The notes under the pieces were generated by a model that saw nothing but the letters and a program-made list of their open reading frames with translations, searched no databases and was not told the origin of the DNA. A stretch of DNA of 60,136 bases, counting the filler, from Sphacelaria rigidula (lineage: Eukaryota), in assembly GCA_964200075.2 (NCBI GenBank). It is 10 parts of 10 records of this genome, joined end to end, with 100 filler letters (N's around TTAATTAATTAA, not from the genome) between each part and the next. Parts side by side here need not be neighbours in the genome. Positions count along the whole stretch, not along the records: positions 36,145 to 42,067 come from CAXNAA020023454.1; positions 42,168 to 48,090 come from CAXNAA020023455.1; positions 48,191 to 54,113 come from CAXNAA020023456.1; 7 more parts are not named here. One strand, 5' to 3'. A program made the translations under genes and the position numbers. Positions within the stretch are counted from its first letter, which is position 1. Each line of letters begins with the position of its first letter. Positions 39,301-51,504 of this stretch are shown in pieces.

Positions 39301-41670
39301 CCACGATCACATCATCCCGCACCCGGCGCCGCCGTCTACAACTCGCCGCCGCCGCGAAACCATTCTCCCTCACAACCGCAACCACATGCCGCCGCCGCCG
39401 CCAACTTGCCGTCGCGCCGCCATGCTGCCCCATGATCACATCATCCCGCACCTAGCGCCGCCGTCTACAACCCGCCGCCGCCGCCGCAAAACCATGCTAC
39501 CTCACAGCTGCAACCACATGCCGCCGCCACCACCAACTTGCCGCCGCGCCGCCATGCTGCTCCACGATCACATCATCCAGCACCCGGCGCCGCCGTCTAC
39601 ATTCCGCCGCCGCCGCCGCCGCGAAACCACACTATATCACTACCGCAATCATATGCCGCCGCCAACTTGCCGTCGCCGCCACACCGTACTGGTCCGCGTC
39701 CTTATCATCCCATCTCACCACGACCATATTATACTGCTCCGCCAGGACGACAGCACAAACCTTCCAATCCCGTCCCGCCGCGACCTTTCAATTCCCTCCC
39801 GCCGCGACAATGACTTATTATCCCATTTCCCCGCAACCGCAACATACTTGCTACCGCCACTACATCGCACGACCGTGCCACCACCGACATTTACACCGAC
39901 TCGTGCGGCACATCATCCACCTCTACCTTCCGCCACATCGTCGGCACCACCACCATCCGTCGCCACGCAACACGAACAAAAGCAGCGCGACACACTGCCG
40001 ACTTCACCACTCCAGCAACCGCATTCGCTGCACCGTCAACCAACTTCACCCCCGATTTTCAATGGTTCTTCGGCACCATCATCCATTTCAGAGGCTTCAT
40101 TATCAGCAACTCACCATCTACAAGACCACTCTCCATCACCTTTGCCGTTGCCCGACAAGGTGGTTAAGGAACTGGACCTGAGTAGTGACCCTCCGCAACC
40201 GGGAAGGACCCGATCGGAGACGGCCCAGCATACAGCCGAGAGGGAGAAGGGCGACAGCATCGCGCTTTTTCATCGTGAGAGGGATCTTTTTGCGCAGCTC
40301 GACAAACCATCCCTTTTATCCGCCCACCTCACGCGCTCCGCAACAGAGGCCGGAAGGAAGCGGCAGGGCGATGGGGCAGGGGGGCGCAAGGGTTTGCAAT
40401 ATCGGACTGCCATTACGATGGCAACGCGCGAGGACATCAACATAGCGATGGAGGAGGAGCGTCCCCCGCGTGAACAACCTGAAGTTCCACATCGCCCAGT
40501 GAAAGAGTTGAAGACACCAAAGACATATGCTGAAGCAACACATCCGGAACACGAAGGGGTATGGGAGGACTCCATGGCGCGAGCGTTTCAAGGCATGAAG
40601 AAAGCGGGAACCATGGATGCGGTAATATAGCAATCAGTAGATAATATTATTCCCGCGAAGTGGGTTACAACTGGAAGGCTGATGAATTTAGCTGGCCAAC
40701 AAAAGCGAAATCAAGCCTGGTCGCAAGGGGAGATCGACAACGGGCAGACATCGACTTTAGTGAATTATATGCACCCACAGTGGCGGTTTCGAGTGTACGA
40801 TTGCTGACAACACTTACTTGCTTGTGAGCAAAATCTTTGCTTGCGCCATTTTGATATCGAGCAAGCTTTTGTGCAGTCCGTACTGGACGAAGATATTTTT
40901 ATGCGTTTGCCTCATGGCTGTTGTAATTTATCTGGTAAGGTAGTGAGACTCAATGAATCGCTCTATGGAGTCAGACAGGCTTCGAGACAGTGGCACCTTC
41001 ATTTAGCAGGAGGCCTTACGAACCTAGGTTATGATCAGTGTTTGGCAGATTCGTGTGTGTTCTGACTGATGGAGGACAACCAGGTAGTGATCACCTTGGT
41101 CGTACATGTAAATGATATCTTTGTCGTAGGGGATGAGGAAAGCTGTGATGAATTTGGTAAGCAGCTGAACACGATGGTTCCAGTCAAGAATCTAGGAGAA
41201 CTGCGATGGTATTCGGGACTGTAACACGAGAGATACTTGGAAAGGGGGACCCGTACTGTATCGTAACATAAGTTTGCAGAGGAATCGGAGGAGGAGTACA
41301 ATATATCATGGGAGAATAAGACGCCTATGAGTGCAGATGTAAAACTCTAGGATTTCAATGAGGATGCACAGGTCATGGCGTTCCCATTCAGAGCATTGGT
41401 AGGATCACTCATGTGGCTAGCAAACTAGACTAGACCGGATATTTGTGACGCAGTGAGAGCGGTAGCGAGGAATTGCGCATCCCCAAGGTAAATTCATTCG
41501 CGTACTGCTCTTGGTATACTTGGGTATGTTAGGCGAACGAGTACATTGGGTATCACTTTTCGGAGAGGCAGTCTGCAAGGTCTCAGCTTCCAAGCATATA
41601 TATGCTGATGCAGACTACGCGAGTAAGGCTGCCGATAGTCGATCAGTGTCGGGTGGACAAGTCATGTACG
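36400..41670 (+). mobile_element. Decayed Ty1/copia retrotransposon pol (protease-integrase-RT-RNase H start)
   Basis: WISDTGASHH protease; HHVSLYHAHE..CTGC; VHLDLTGP and EYTAPDTPKHNTVAE integrase; PKTYAEA, LVARG, HFDIEQAF, SLYGVRQASRQW and VHVNDI RT motifs; TRPDI; YADADYA RNase H. Multiple stops and frameshifts. Confidence 0.93.
38779..39035. mobile_element. MITE inserted in the copia integrase C-terminal region
   Basis: ~32-bp TIRs cagagtgatgctacggtggggttgcactttt / aaaagggcaacccctatcgtagcatcgctctg split the reading KCYYLNN...YSSSTVKVIKASTG. A related terminus lies at ~17862. Confidence 0.8.
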
Positions 41671-41835
41671 GGGGGGGGGGGGGGTTCTCATTTTTTGCTT
41701 GCCTTAGTGGGGGGGTGCTGGCCCGGGCACCCCCTTTGGGAGGGACCACCGTTCNNNNNNNNNNGAGCGCCATGGTCCGGCTCACGTCCCGGGGGGTGCT
41801 GCTCGGCGGTTGTTGGGGGGATGGTGGTTGCGGTG

Positions 41836-42067
41836 TTCGTACTCATTTGTTGCTTGCCTTAGTCGTGTGATCATTGACCGCGCATCCCTTTCGAGACGGA
41901 GCACCGTTCCTACGCCTAATGGAGGCACCTCCAACATTCTGGCACTCGCTACGTTTCTTCAAAAGCTCATTACGTTTCTTCCGTACATTACACAAGAACC
42001 TTTTACATATCTTTTCCCTGTCCTGTTTCGCCGTCTATGGCCACCATCTATTTCCTGGTATAGCCAT
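41836..42067 (-). mobile_element. LINE family A 3' end fragment
   Basis: Reverse complement homologous to ~31465-31672. Confidence 0.8.
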
Positions 42068-42167
42068 NNNNNNNNNNNNNNNNNNNNNNNNNNNNNNNNN
42101 NNNNNNNNNNNTTAATTAATTAANNNNNNNNNNNNNNNNNNNNNNNNNNNNNNNNNNNNNNNNNNNN

Positions 42168-42815
42168 CGTCCCGTTCCTCCTTGTATAGTTCATATTCTG
42201 CAACTATATGACTTCTGCTCTCTCTTGCTTTGCCACAGAGGCAGTTCTGTCCATCTACTTCCTCCTCCTTTCGACTACTGGTACATCTCTTTCTTCCTGG
42301 CAGGTCCAGGTCCCCCACCCGAAATCGCAGTTTCAATTTTTTCGCCGCGTCCATGGGGCCATGCAGATATGTTTTCATTCTGATCCCCTCTCTCAACCCC
42401 CCGTATATCTCTCCAGGTGTTCTTCCTCGTCTACAGTACCTTGCGTCGGAACGCTCCCTCTTCCCTTATTTTCATCATTTCTCTTACTTTCATCTTCTAC
42501 CCCGCGCCTCCACCTATGAACAGTATTTCGTCTTGGTTTCCTCCCATATCCTTCCATACTTTCTCGACTTGTCTATCCCACCTTATAGCATGCCCTTTCG
42601 TACGTTTCTTCCATACAGCCTTCGTCGAGGGGGTGGGGGGGGTGGGAGGCGTACTCATTCGTTGCTTGCCTTAAAATAGTCGTTTGACCGTTGACCACAC
42701 GTCAATTTCGAGACGGAGCACCGTTCCCACTCCTCATAGAGATACCTCCAACATTTCGGCGCTCAGTACGTTTCTTTCATACATTACACAAAAACCTTCG
42801 CATGTCTTATCCCCG
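42168..42815 (-). mobile_element. Two tandem LINE family A fragments (42168-~42625 and ~42649-42815) separated by a G-run
   Basis: REGIRMKTYLHGPMDAAKKLKLRFRVGDLDLP..CLCGKARESRSHIVAEY; the second piece is the 3' tail. Confidence 0.8.
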
Positions 42816-44182
42816 AGGGGAGGGGGGGGATGATAAATATTTTGAAGGAGTTGCGGTATGACCTTCTCGCGACCTATTTGCATCGATGACAGCGCAGCGC
42901 TGGCGCTCTTGAAAAGTCGGTCTATTTGGCATTGAGTGGAGACATTTTGTGCCCATCCAACATGTCAGTTGTACATGTCCAAGAACCCCTCGGTCGTTTT
43001 TCATCACCATACATGAGTGTTGATATGATTGCCTCATACCCAGTGTGAGCGTACAGACTCACCCAGGAGTAGCAGTGCATTTTTTTAGCGAGAATCTCCC
43101 GTGATGTTGTTTGTCGGATGACGAATTTCTAGTCTCGAACACTGTATGAGTCCCTTCACTTCACGACCACGGGTCCTTTCTGCCGTGCTGCTCCCCCAAC
43201 AGTACGATTTCTCCTTCCCTTTCTAAATCGCTTGTCGTATGTATCACTTTCGTCAGGCGCGGGCACTGCCCTCTTCCGTTCCTCCGGTCACTCTTGTTGA
43301 ACAGCTGCTTGACGCTGCAAATTTGTGTGGATGATACGTCGTTATTCAAAAATGACAAGCGCGTAGTTTGTCTTTGCTCTTTCGTATTGGGAAAGATGTG
43401 AAAATATGGAATCTGCACATCTGCGCGGACATGCGTGTGCCCGCTGCTTCAACCTCGACAAAAAAAGCGCTTGTGCTGGTGCGTGTGTTCTTGTCTTGTT
43501 ATCCCATTTATTCTGGACGCCAACCGACACACACCTTTCGGTATGAGTGGGCGCATCAGCTGGGGTCACACAGAAAGGGCAACAGAGGATGTTTTACTTG
43601 GCTCATTTATTTTACAAGCGGCATTTGTCTCAGGTACAGTACTTGCGAGACGGGACACACGTCGAGGCAACCTCACCGACAGCATGAAGCGGTACTCAGT
43701 AGCAGCACCGCGCTCGATTCTTACAACTCACTATACAAAGCCACACCCAAAACACATCGTATCTCGCACCAGCTACTCTTGAACTTCCAGAAAATCTCAT
43801 TGTATGAATAGAAAAGCGTACCCAGCATACCCGGCACGGCCAAGGCCTGCGCTTCTACTTCACTTCTCACATTGCGATGCACTACGCCCCTTGGACACCA
43901 CACACACACGCACACACATGACCCTCCTTCAACGCTTCATCACTATGAAATGACAACGCAACGTACCACACACACACAGTGTGGCGATCGAGAACATCAC
44001 CAGCATACCCTCACCCCCACCTCCCAGTCTGGAAGGTGGCGGCGGGCGCGGCTAAAAAACGCGGCAGACATTCAATTATGACGATATACGAAAACGTACG
44101 CACCAAAACACTACTTGAAATAACACACTGCTCATCTTGGCAGGCTGCTTATGCCTCCCAAGGCTCGCTGTGTACACGACCG

Positions 44183-44312
44183 TCATGGACCAGAAGACAT
44201 TTTTTTTGCGTCACCCTTGTCCACGCTAGGGTCGCCACCCCACCAAACGGCTAGGCCGAATCTCCGGCCGAACGTCATGAAATTTTTCTTGCTGATGTAA
44301 CCGTTGTTCTCC
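44183..44312 (-). CDS. AFG1/ZapE-like ATPase with EF-hands, terminal exon
   Basis: Acceptor cttgtcttttcag, phase 2. (R)ENNGYISKKNFMTFGRRFGLAVWWGGDPSVDKGDAKKMSSGP* completes the degenerate EF loop DRENNGYISKKN. Confidence 0.8.
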
Positions 44313-44830
44313 CTGAAAAGACAAGCGCGCCAGTGCGAGATAGTTAAAAAATGAGTACGCCGATAGCAGACAAAAGGCAAGTGGCGAAACGGCACGCCTG
44401 AATAAAAGACGGCCGTGTTCAGTCTGGCCGGCCAGGCATGTGGCTAACCCGGCGTGTTTGTGTTTGCCGGTAAACCGTCCAGAGTGATCATGGGTGGCTT
44501 GTTCCACGTGACGCGGTACTGCAAGCAAAAAGCACAGTCAAAAAGATCGCGCTCAATGCCGTGACTATGTGTGGCCAATATCGTGATGCGGTATACCGTG
44601 ACGAAAGTGGCACTACTATACCGCGTGAAGCATGCGCCGTTCAACAGTTGGAAGGGCACAACGCATGAGGCTGGGGTGAACCACCCTAGTCATGAAGGAA
44701 AGCGCACGAGCACATAATTACACTATGCCGAACAGAGGATCTCTGATATGCAATGTGCTAGTGCACCGACATCGACCGGCGTGGTACGTACAGCATGCAC
44801 GCGCGGTGAAAGATTCTAATTCGTCCTCAC

Positions 44831-44895
44831 CTGTCCATGGCTTTGAAAGACGAATCCAAGGCGGCTTGAGGGACGTTCCGGTGCCCGTTCTTCGC
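44831..44895 (-). CDS. AFG1/ZapE-like ATPase with EF-hands, penultimate exon
   Basis: Acceptor tgtcccgtgacag, donor AG|gtgagg, 65 nt, phase 0 to 2; encodes AKNGHRNVPQAALDSSFKAMD(R). Confidence 0.8.
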
Positions 44896-45658
44896 CTGTC
44901 ACGGGACAACAAACAGAGAAGGGGTAACTCGTAACTCGTAGCATATTCTCCATTGCTGGCATGGATGGATATAAAATCACAACGCGGGATCTACTCGCAT
45001 ACCCTATACCCTGGAAGAGCATATCTCGGCATTCAACAATCCCATAGACATGAGTCTGATTGCTCAGACCCTAAACCACAAGACACAATAGAGTCGACCT
45101 CACGACTGAACACAGAGCAACGCGGGCCGGAGAAGACACGGGCATATTCCTCCCGCTTGAGCCATCAGGCACACCTCCATGAACTTGCCCTGGAGTCGGG
45201 TCAGAGACAAGGCCTCGCATATGACCTATTTCGTACGACTTGAAACGCTCCCACTTGGAGTCGGTGCTGGAAAAACAGAGCAAAAACAATTTACTGTTTT
45301 CTGGTTGAAATTACGATACACTTCACAAGGAAACCCGCTGTTTGCTGCTGCCATTTTTCATCGGTACAAACCCCATACTGGTCTTTATTGTGCGCAATAA
45401 CCTTGTCGAAGCAGGGCTTGTCTTGCTTTGACGAAACCGCACTGGAGTGTTTTTTTTTTCAAAGTCACGCATGCAATTGCGGTTGCATCCAAAAACATGA
45501 GAAGCGATAACCTCTTGCTCTACAATGTTGACCCTTTGGGAACCCATTGACGATTTTTGTTTTTGTAAATCGGCATCATTTCGACTTGAATGACTCAAAA
45601 TGACGCCGATTGACAAAAACAAAAATCGTGCATGGGTTCCAAAAATGTCGGATCATAC

Positions 45659-45812
45659 CTCGCAGAGATCTTCCATGAGAAAAAAGAGCTCGTCGCGGTC
45701 CATTGTTCCGTTCCCGTCGACATCATAAGCATCCCAAATTTTATACAAGTCAGGATCGCTCAGTTGCTCCCCGCTAAACTCCAGCAAATAGTTCTCCGTT
45801 GGCCGCCATTTT
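45659..45812 (-). CDS. AFG1/ZapE-like ATPase with EF-hands, canonical EF-hand exon
   Basis: Branch-like ctgac then ctcag acceptor, donor GAG|gtatga, phase 2 to 0; encodes KWRPTENYLLEFSGEQLSDPDLYKIWDAYDVDGNGTMDRDELFFLMEDLCE. Confidence 0.8.
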
Positions 45813-47177
45813 CTGAGTATTTCATAGCAAGGTGCGTCAGAGGATCGTCATAGTCCAGCACGTATGGCACGCTCGAGCGTATTTCGTCGCCTCGTCCAAC
45901 AGACCATCTGTTGTCGAAACAATGAAAAATGATTAGTTAATTGACTGATTGATCAATTATTGCACTTTAATTGACCCCCCAGGGATCCAGCCGTTGCCAT
46001 TATCCACATGATAGTGACATGATAGTGACATAAAAGACGTGCCCCAGACAACAACCAGTGAAACACTCGCTCGAGAAAAATGAACACAAAAAAGGCACAA
46101 CAGACAAAGAGAGTCGGAATATAACATTATATGTGCGATAAGGCGTTCGGTAGAGATTCGAAGAAGGTCAATATTTCCGGGACGTACGAAAATGCGTTCC
46201 AAGAAATGTGTATGATACTTCAAACCCTTTCGCGCCATGATCGCTGGTTGGATGTTACTGACGTTGCTGACTTTCGGCGGGACACGGCATAGTCGCTGGT
46301 CTTCCAAACTAATGTGGGATATTCTTCGTGGAATGCTGGAAGCCCCTACGTATAACCTAAGCCCGTTTACCCCTACGCAACCGACCATCACAGCCAGTAT
46401 CCATGATTCTGCAGGCGAGACTGTCAGCACCCACACAATCGGAACGATTGCCGTTTCTGTTTTGTTTTGTATGAGTAAATATGTTTTTTGCGCACGGCCT
46501 TTTCCCTCTGTAGTCATGCTGCAGGAGCCGTCCAATTCTAGGTTTATTTTCTTCCCTTGTTCATTTTATATAATAATAATTATTGTAATTATTATTGTAA
46601 TTATGATTATGATTACTGCTATTTAGTTTTCTCCGTTCCTTTCCTTCCTCTTCCTGCTTGGTTTATTTATGGTTTCTGTTTCTCAGTGTAATATTTTTGT
46701 TAGTTCTATATATATTCTTCTCCTCCACGCTGTTTCCCCCTCCAGCGAGCGTTCGCGTTTTGTTTTATCTTGGATACATGTATCTATATTATGGATAATG
46801 ACATGAATACATCAGTAGCTCCCATCACATTTCTCAACATCAGTTAATCTGCGACAATCTACCAATCAATAAATAAATCAAATAATCAAGCTATCAACTT
46901 GCATGGGTCCCTATGAATAGCGGGTTTAATTGAAGCTATTCATATCCTCCACGCTAAACAATGAAACGCAGGATAATACATTTTCCTGCACTCATGTCGA
47001 TACCTATTTCGACTACGTTTTCAGTTTGCCATATCACCGCCCCGCTGGATGGTGCACATGATCCTCGGGGTGCTTGTATCTCTGAGCCACCAATATGTTT
47101 TTATGTTACGTGTGTCGCTCTAATCGCACGATTTCCCACTCAGAAATTTCCCAGTTTTTTGCACAGCTACTATCGAC

Positions 47178-47226
<49 letters not shown>
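47178..47226. repeat. (CA)n microsatellite just inside the intron after the AFG1 exon
   Basis: Direct inspection. Confidence 0.95.
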
Positions 47227-47227
<1 letters not shown>

Positions 47228-47245
47228 GCTTCTTCCTTGAGTCAC

Positions 47246-47439
47246 CTCTTGAGGTAATCCTTGCCCTGCATCTCGATGAGCCTGGAGACAGTCCTATGAA
47301 AGGCGAAGACCTCATCGGGCATGTCTTCGCGCCTCCCCGGCCCAGGATCGAAGATCTCAGTCGGCAACGCCTCCGCCAGGCACACCATTTTCACGCCGCG
47401 TTCGTATAACACGTCGACAAGAGTGATCAACCTTCGAAC
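47246..47439 (-). CDS. AFG1: AFG1/ZapE (LACE1)-family AAA+ ATPase C-terminal exon
   Basis: Acceptor ctcccacgcag. VRRLITLVDVLYERGVKMVCLAE...DEVFAFHRTVSRLIEMQGKDY matches the family motifs RRFITLID.LY and FAF.RT.SRL.EMQ. Confidence 0.9.
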
Positions 47440-47932
47440 CTGCGTGGGAGACACAAAGTTTTGAAATTGAAAAAAAGTGTGAGGTGCGGTGCGGCACACA
47501 CGGTGTGGAGTGCTCTGGATGATGGCGCATGTGTAATCGGTCACGGGTATGATACAATTGGAGAGCCACCTACCGTCCCTGCTACAATAAACGCAAGCAT
47601 ATGCAACCGGTGAACGTGGGATTCTTTGTAGCAGCCAAAACAGGCAAGACAGGAAAGATAGAGTTGGGTATCAATTAGATATTTTCACGGCCACCTTGTT
47701 ACGTCATGGGTAACAGTGACAGATACTCTTCCCGTCCCTGCTACATATATATATATATATATATAGCATGACACTGAATTTTGATATAGTAGTCGTCCAG
47801 CTTAAGGTGCTACTGCAGCAGGCGCATTGCTGTTCCACTCCGTAATGTGAGTAACCCCCCACGACCCAATTCTTGCCTCCGAAACAAGTTTCTGAGGGAA
47901 ATATCACTAATCCCCCCCCCGCCCTCCCCCTC

Positions 47933-48090
47933 AATGTGCTCGGTCTCGAAGTGGATGCGTGGCCAATGATTGAACGGCTAAGGAAAGCAACAAATGAGTA
48001 CGCCCCCCTCCCCCCCCTCCCGCGGGAAGTGGACGAAGGTGGCATGCAATCGTTTGATGCATTAGACAGTAGGGAGAAAACGATGGCTAT
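47933..48090 (+). mobile_element. Two head-to-tail LINE family A fragments bounded by C-runs
   Basis: C-run, 3' tail ending caaatgagtacg, C-run, then REVDEGGMQSFDALDSREKTMA. Further short A pieces at ~2745-2812, ~12100-12145, ~32432-32475, ~35995-36044, ~54027-54113 and ~55810-55880. Confidence 0.78.
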
Positions 48091-48190
48091 NNNNNNNNNN
48101 NNNNNNNNNNNNNNNNNNNNNNNNNNNNNNNNNNTTAATTAATTAANNNNNNNNNNNNNNNNNNNNNNNNNNNNNNNNNNNNNNNNNNNN

Positions 48191-48415
48191 GATAGCCCCC
48201 CCCCGAACCGGCCAAAAACGTGCACGGAGGCGATGATTATAAATGCCGTGAAAGCTGGTTTCGTGCTGCACGACGCGACTGATTTGGGCGTAATAGCTAA
48301 TTTCGAACTGCTCCACGCCTCTCATGTGGGCGACATTGCTGGAAACGAGCCAAATAGTGGAATCGCAGCCGTTTTGTCGCACCGTCTCACGTGCACTTTT
48401 TGTGGGGGGGCTATC
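48191..48415. mobile_element. Possible short MITE
   Basis: Inverted termini gatagccccccc ... gggggggctatc; a similar terminus lies at ~36242-36251. Confidence 0.45.
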
Positions 48416-51400
48416 TCGGCATGAGTCTTCGCCTGTATGTAGCGATAGTATCTTCATACCCTACACGTCAAAAAACCCTATATACAACACATTGAAAGTG
48501 TCATATGAGAAACACCTTGTAGAACGTAAAAGGTAACGTGGCTTGTAGCAGTACTGTACATCAAGTTTACATTCGATCGCGTGACCGAGTTCATTCAAGT
48601 TGAAGAATTTGTATTTTTCAGTGTAGAGTACATAAAATACTGTTCCGAAACGGTCATCTTCCTGCTTTCCCCGTGCCCTTGTATACGCGTTGTGCCTCTG
48701 TTGTGGACAGGTTTTGGCAAAATCTCAGCTTTTAACCGCTCTCTTTTTCCGCCCTGGGCTGAGACTACAGCCCGAAAATACTGTTCGACTGCCGCCCCGG
48801 TCTCTCCACGTGCCGTGTCGAGGTCACGTGGGAAGAGAGCCTGACGGCAGCACAGCGCCAAATTTCGCACACTAGTGAACTGCGGCGCCTGAATAGACGT
48901 TACATTACACTAGTGGCTTTGCCATTTGCTATTATCAGAAGTGCAAGGAACTGGATTGTGTTTCGCGAGTTACTTCGGCGACGTCGTCAACAAGCAAATA
49001 TTTCCCGTGCCGGGCCAGTCAGCCGAGCGTGGGATCGGGGAAAAATAGCGGTAGTGGTGGTGGGGGGGGGGGAGGCGTGTGGAGCGTGTCGAATCGCGTG
49101 AAGGATAACGCTAGCACGGCTTATAGCAAGCCATGGCACATGGCGAATCCGCGTATATCAAGCTGGGAGGCGCGAGCGGTGAATGGGAGGTGAGATGAGA
49201 TTTCGCTACGAGTCGGCGTGTCTGGTGAAATACGAAAAGTCGCTGTAGGGTGGTTCACAAAGTTGATGTCCCAAAATTCCTAACTCCCTAATGCTCACGC
49301 CGATCCTTAGCGTCAAACTTTCGAAAAACGTTTGTTTTTTTAGTTTTTAGATCACCGGTTATCGGGGGTCACAACGTCCCGGAGAATCTTATGGTCTCCT
49401 GGGACCCCTGATAACCGGTAAAATGAGAAATGAGATCACATCGTCCGTCAAAAGTTTCGTAATGCCCCGTGGTATATATACATGTGTAATTTTTCTGTCT
49501 CACTGTGAGAATCGGCGTAAACATTTGCGCCTTTATGCGATAAAAGGGAGCTCAAAAAGTAAAAACTCCTCACTTTTTTTGTTAGTATCGAAACCACTTT
49601 TCATATATTTTTCACGTTGAAATGACCTCATTGACTCGTTTTTTCGAGTCGTGCATGCAGACTCTTGTGCTGTCATGTATGGGTGAGGAACGAGCTGGAG
49701 GTTGCCCGCGACACGTCGGTGATCGCTCGCATCTGTGTCACACGTTATACAGATTGTGATACAGATTGTACAAACAGTAGAGCTCGGAAATGGTACCAGT
49801 TATAACTGGCCATTATCATTATAATGGTAATAATAGTGATGATTATATGAACATTTTGGATAATGGTTTCCAACCATTATTTACCATCATTACCTGCTAC
49901 TTATGCTTCATACAGCCCTTGAAAATTGGCACAAATCTCGCGTATTTTTTAGCTCTCGTGAAGCCAAATCGTGTAAAAACGTGCCTCCCACACGGCGGGG
50001 TCCTCCGGGAGGCTTTTTGGCTGGCGGCTGGGCCGCTCGATGACGAAGCCATTATGTACCATTTAACTTGTTAATGAGTGCGCTACGCGTTACCATTCAA
50101 CTGGTCAATGGTCAGACAAACCAAGTCCGAGCTTTAACAGACAGTGTTTTTTACTGACTGTGTGTACAGACGGTGCAGGGTGATGCAAGGAGGGGGGGAA
50201 AAGTGTTCGCTTCCACAAAAAACAGGGGTTGACGGGTGTGTCAGACGACCTAACTATTCGCGGTGCTCGTTATCGGGGGTGAAAACGATGTCAAGTGGTA
50301 TGAATGAGCGTACCTTGTTGGTAACACAGGCGCGTTCGAACATTATGATGCCACTTTCAACGATGATTTTGCGGTGGAATTTCGTGGAATAAACCGCCCA
50401 AAATACCTCCACCCCCAATCGTAACATTACTCTGCAGTGAGCAGTGTTTTACTAACTGAGTGTGCAGGCAGTCCAGTTACTATTATTATGATTACGAGCT
50501 GGGCCAGCAGTAAATCCCACATTTTCTCTTCACACAACTTCTCAAGTTTCCCAAATCAGCGCGACTTGAGCATATCGCTGTGAATTGCAGACTAACCTGG
50601 TGACTACGGTTGGGTTGGTGTGATGACCAACAGTGGCATAAGCCACCACTTTGTCGACAACTATTTACAGTAGTAACACTGCGGGTCCACCAAAATCATT
50701 GTAGACCCGTACTCGTATACCGATGGAATCAGTGATTATGGTTCAAAGGGTCGAATGTAGGAGTACTCCCCCTTTTCATATTTTCACATTGTGCCTTCTT
50801 TTTTTTTTGCAGTTGTTTTACGCTTTCATTGTGGGCGATGACTGCTTGTATTGTGGCGTGAACATGGTGCGGGTGTGCATATTCCCGTGAGCACTGATGT
50901 AGCCACGTTCTAGGTAGTAGCTGTGGCTTTATCAGTGTGGTGCTGCCAAGCCTCAGGTAGTTGGCTTGCTCTTTTTCATACCGTGGGCAAAACTATGTAG
51001 TAAATAGTTGCGTAATAACAAATGTCTTGCGTGAAGTGTAGCCTATTGTTGGTGTACTGAATTAGGCGCAATATATAGCTATACTTTTTTTTATACTGCA
51101 ACTATTGACCTGGTATTGTCCAGGGTGTTTTTTTTCTTTTACTACTTACAGCGCCCGAGAATTTCTGTTCCGATAACATGCCCAGGCAGCCCAGACATTT
51201 GGAGTATGACGATTGTATACGTGAATGGCCCTTTGTTATTCCCACCACCCCGGGGGGGCGAATGAAGACAAAAGTACATTTTTTTTTCCCTAGTATGACG
51301 AGTGTAGCAGTGCATCTCTATGATTAAGCACGCAGATTTGGGGCTTGAGGGTTTCGTCTGCTTTTGTTGCGAAAGCTCCCACAGTGACGCGCGCGTGGGG

Positions 51401-51504
51401 TCCGACCTGCGAACTTTTCGTATATATGTCATACTACATTACACGCGGCTACTCGTACACTTCTCACTCATTTCTCATGATGGTCTCCATACACCCGATA
51501 TAGA

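Noticed and set aside
39257..40630. 457-aa ORF as a standalone gene
   Set aside because: It is the low-complexity linker and RT start of the decayed copia pol.
12880..47439. Apparent cluster of LRR, NTH1 and AFG1 genes on one strand
   Set aside because: They lie on different contigs, so co-location and orientation are arbitrary.
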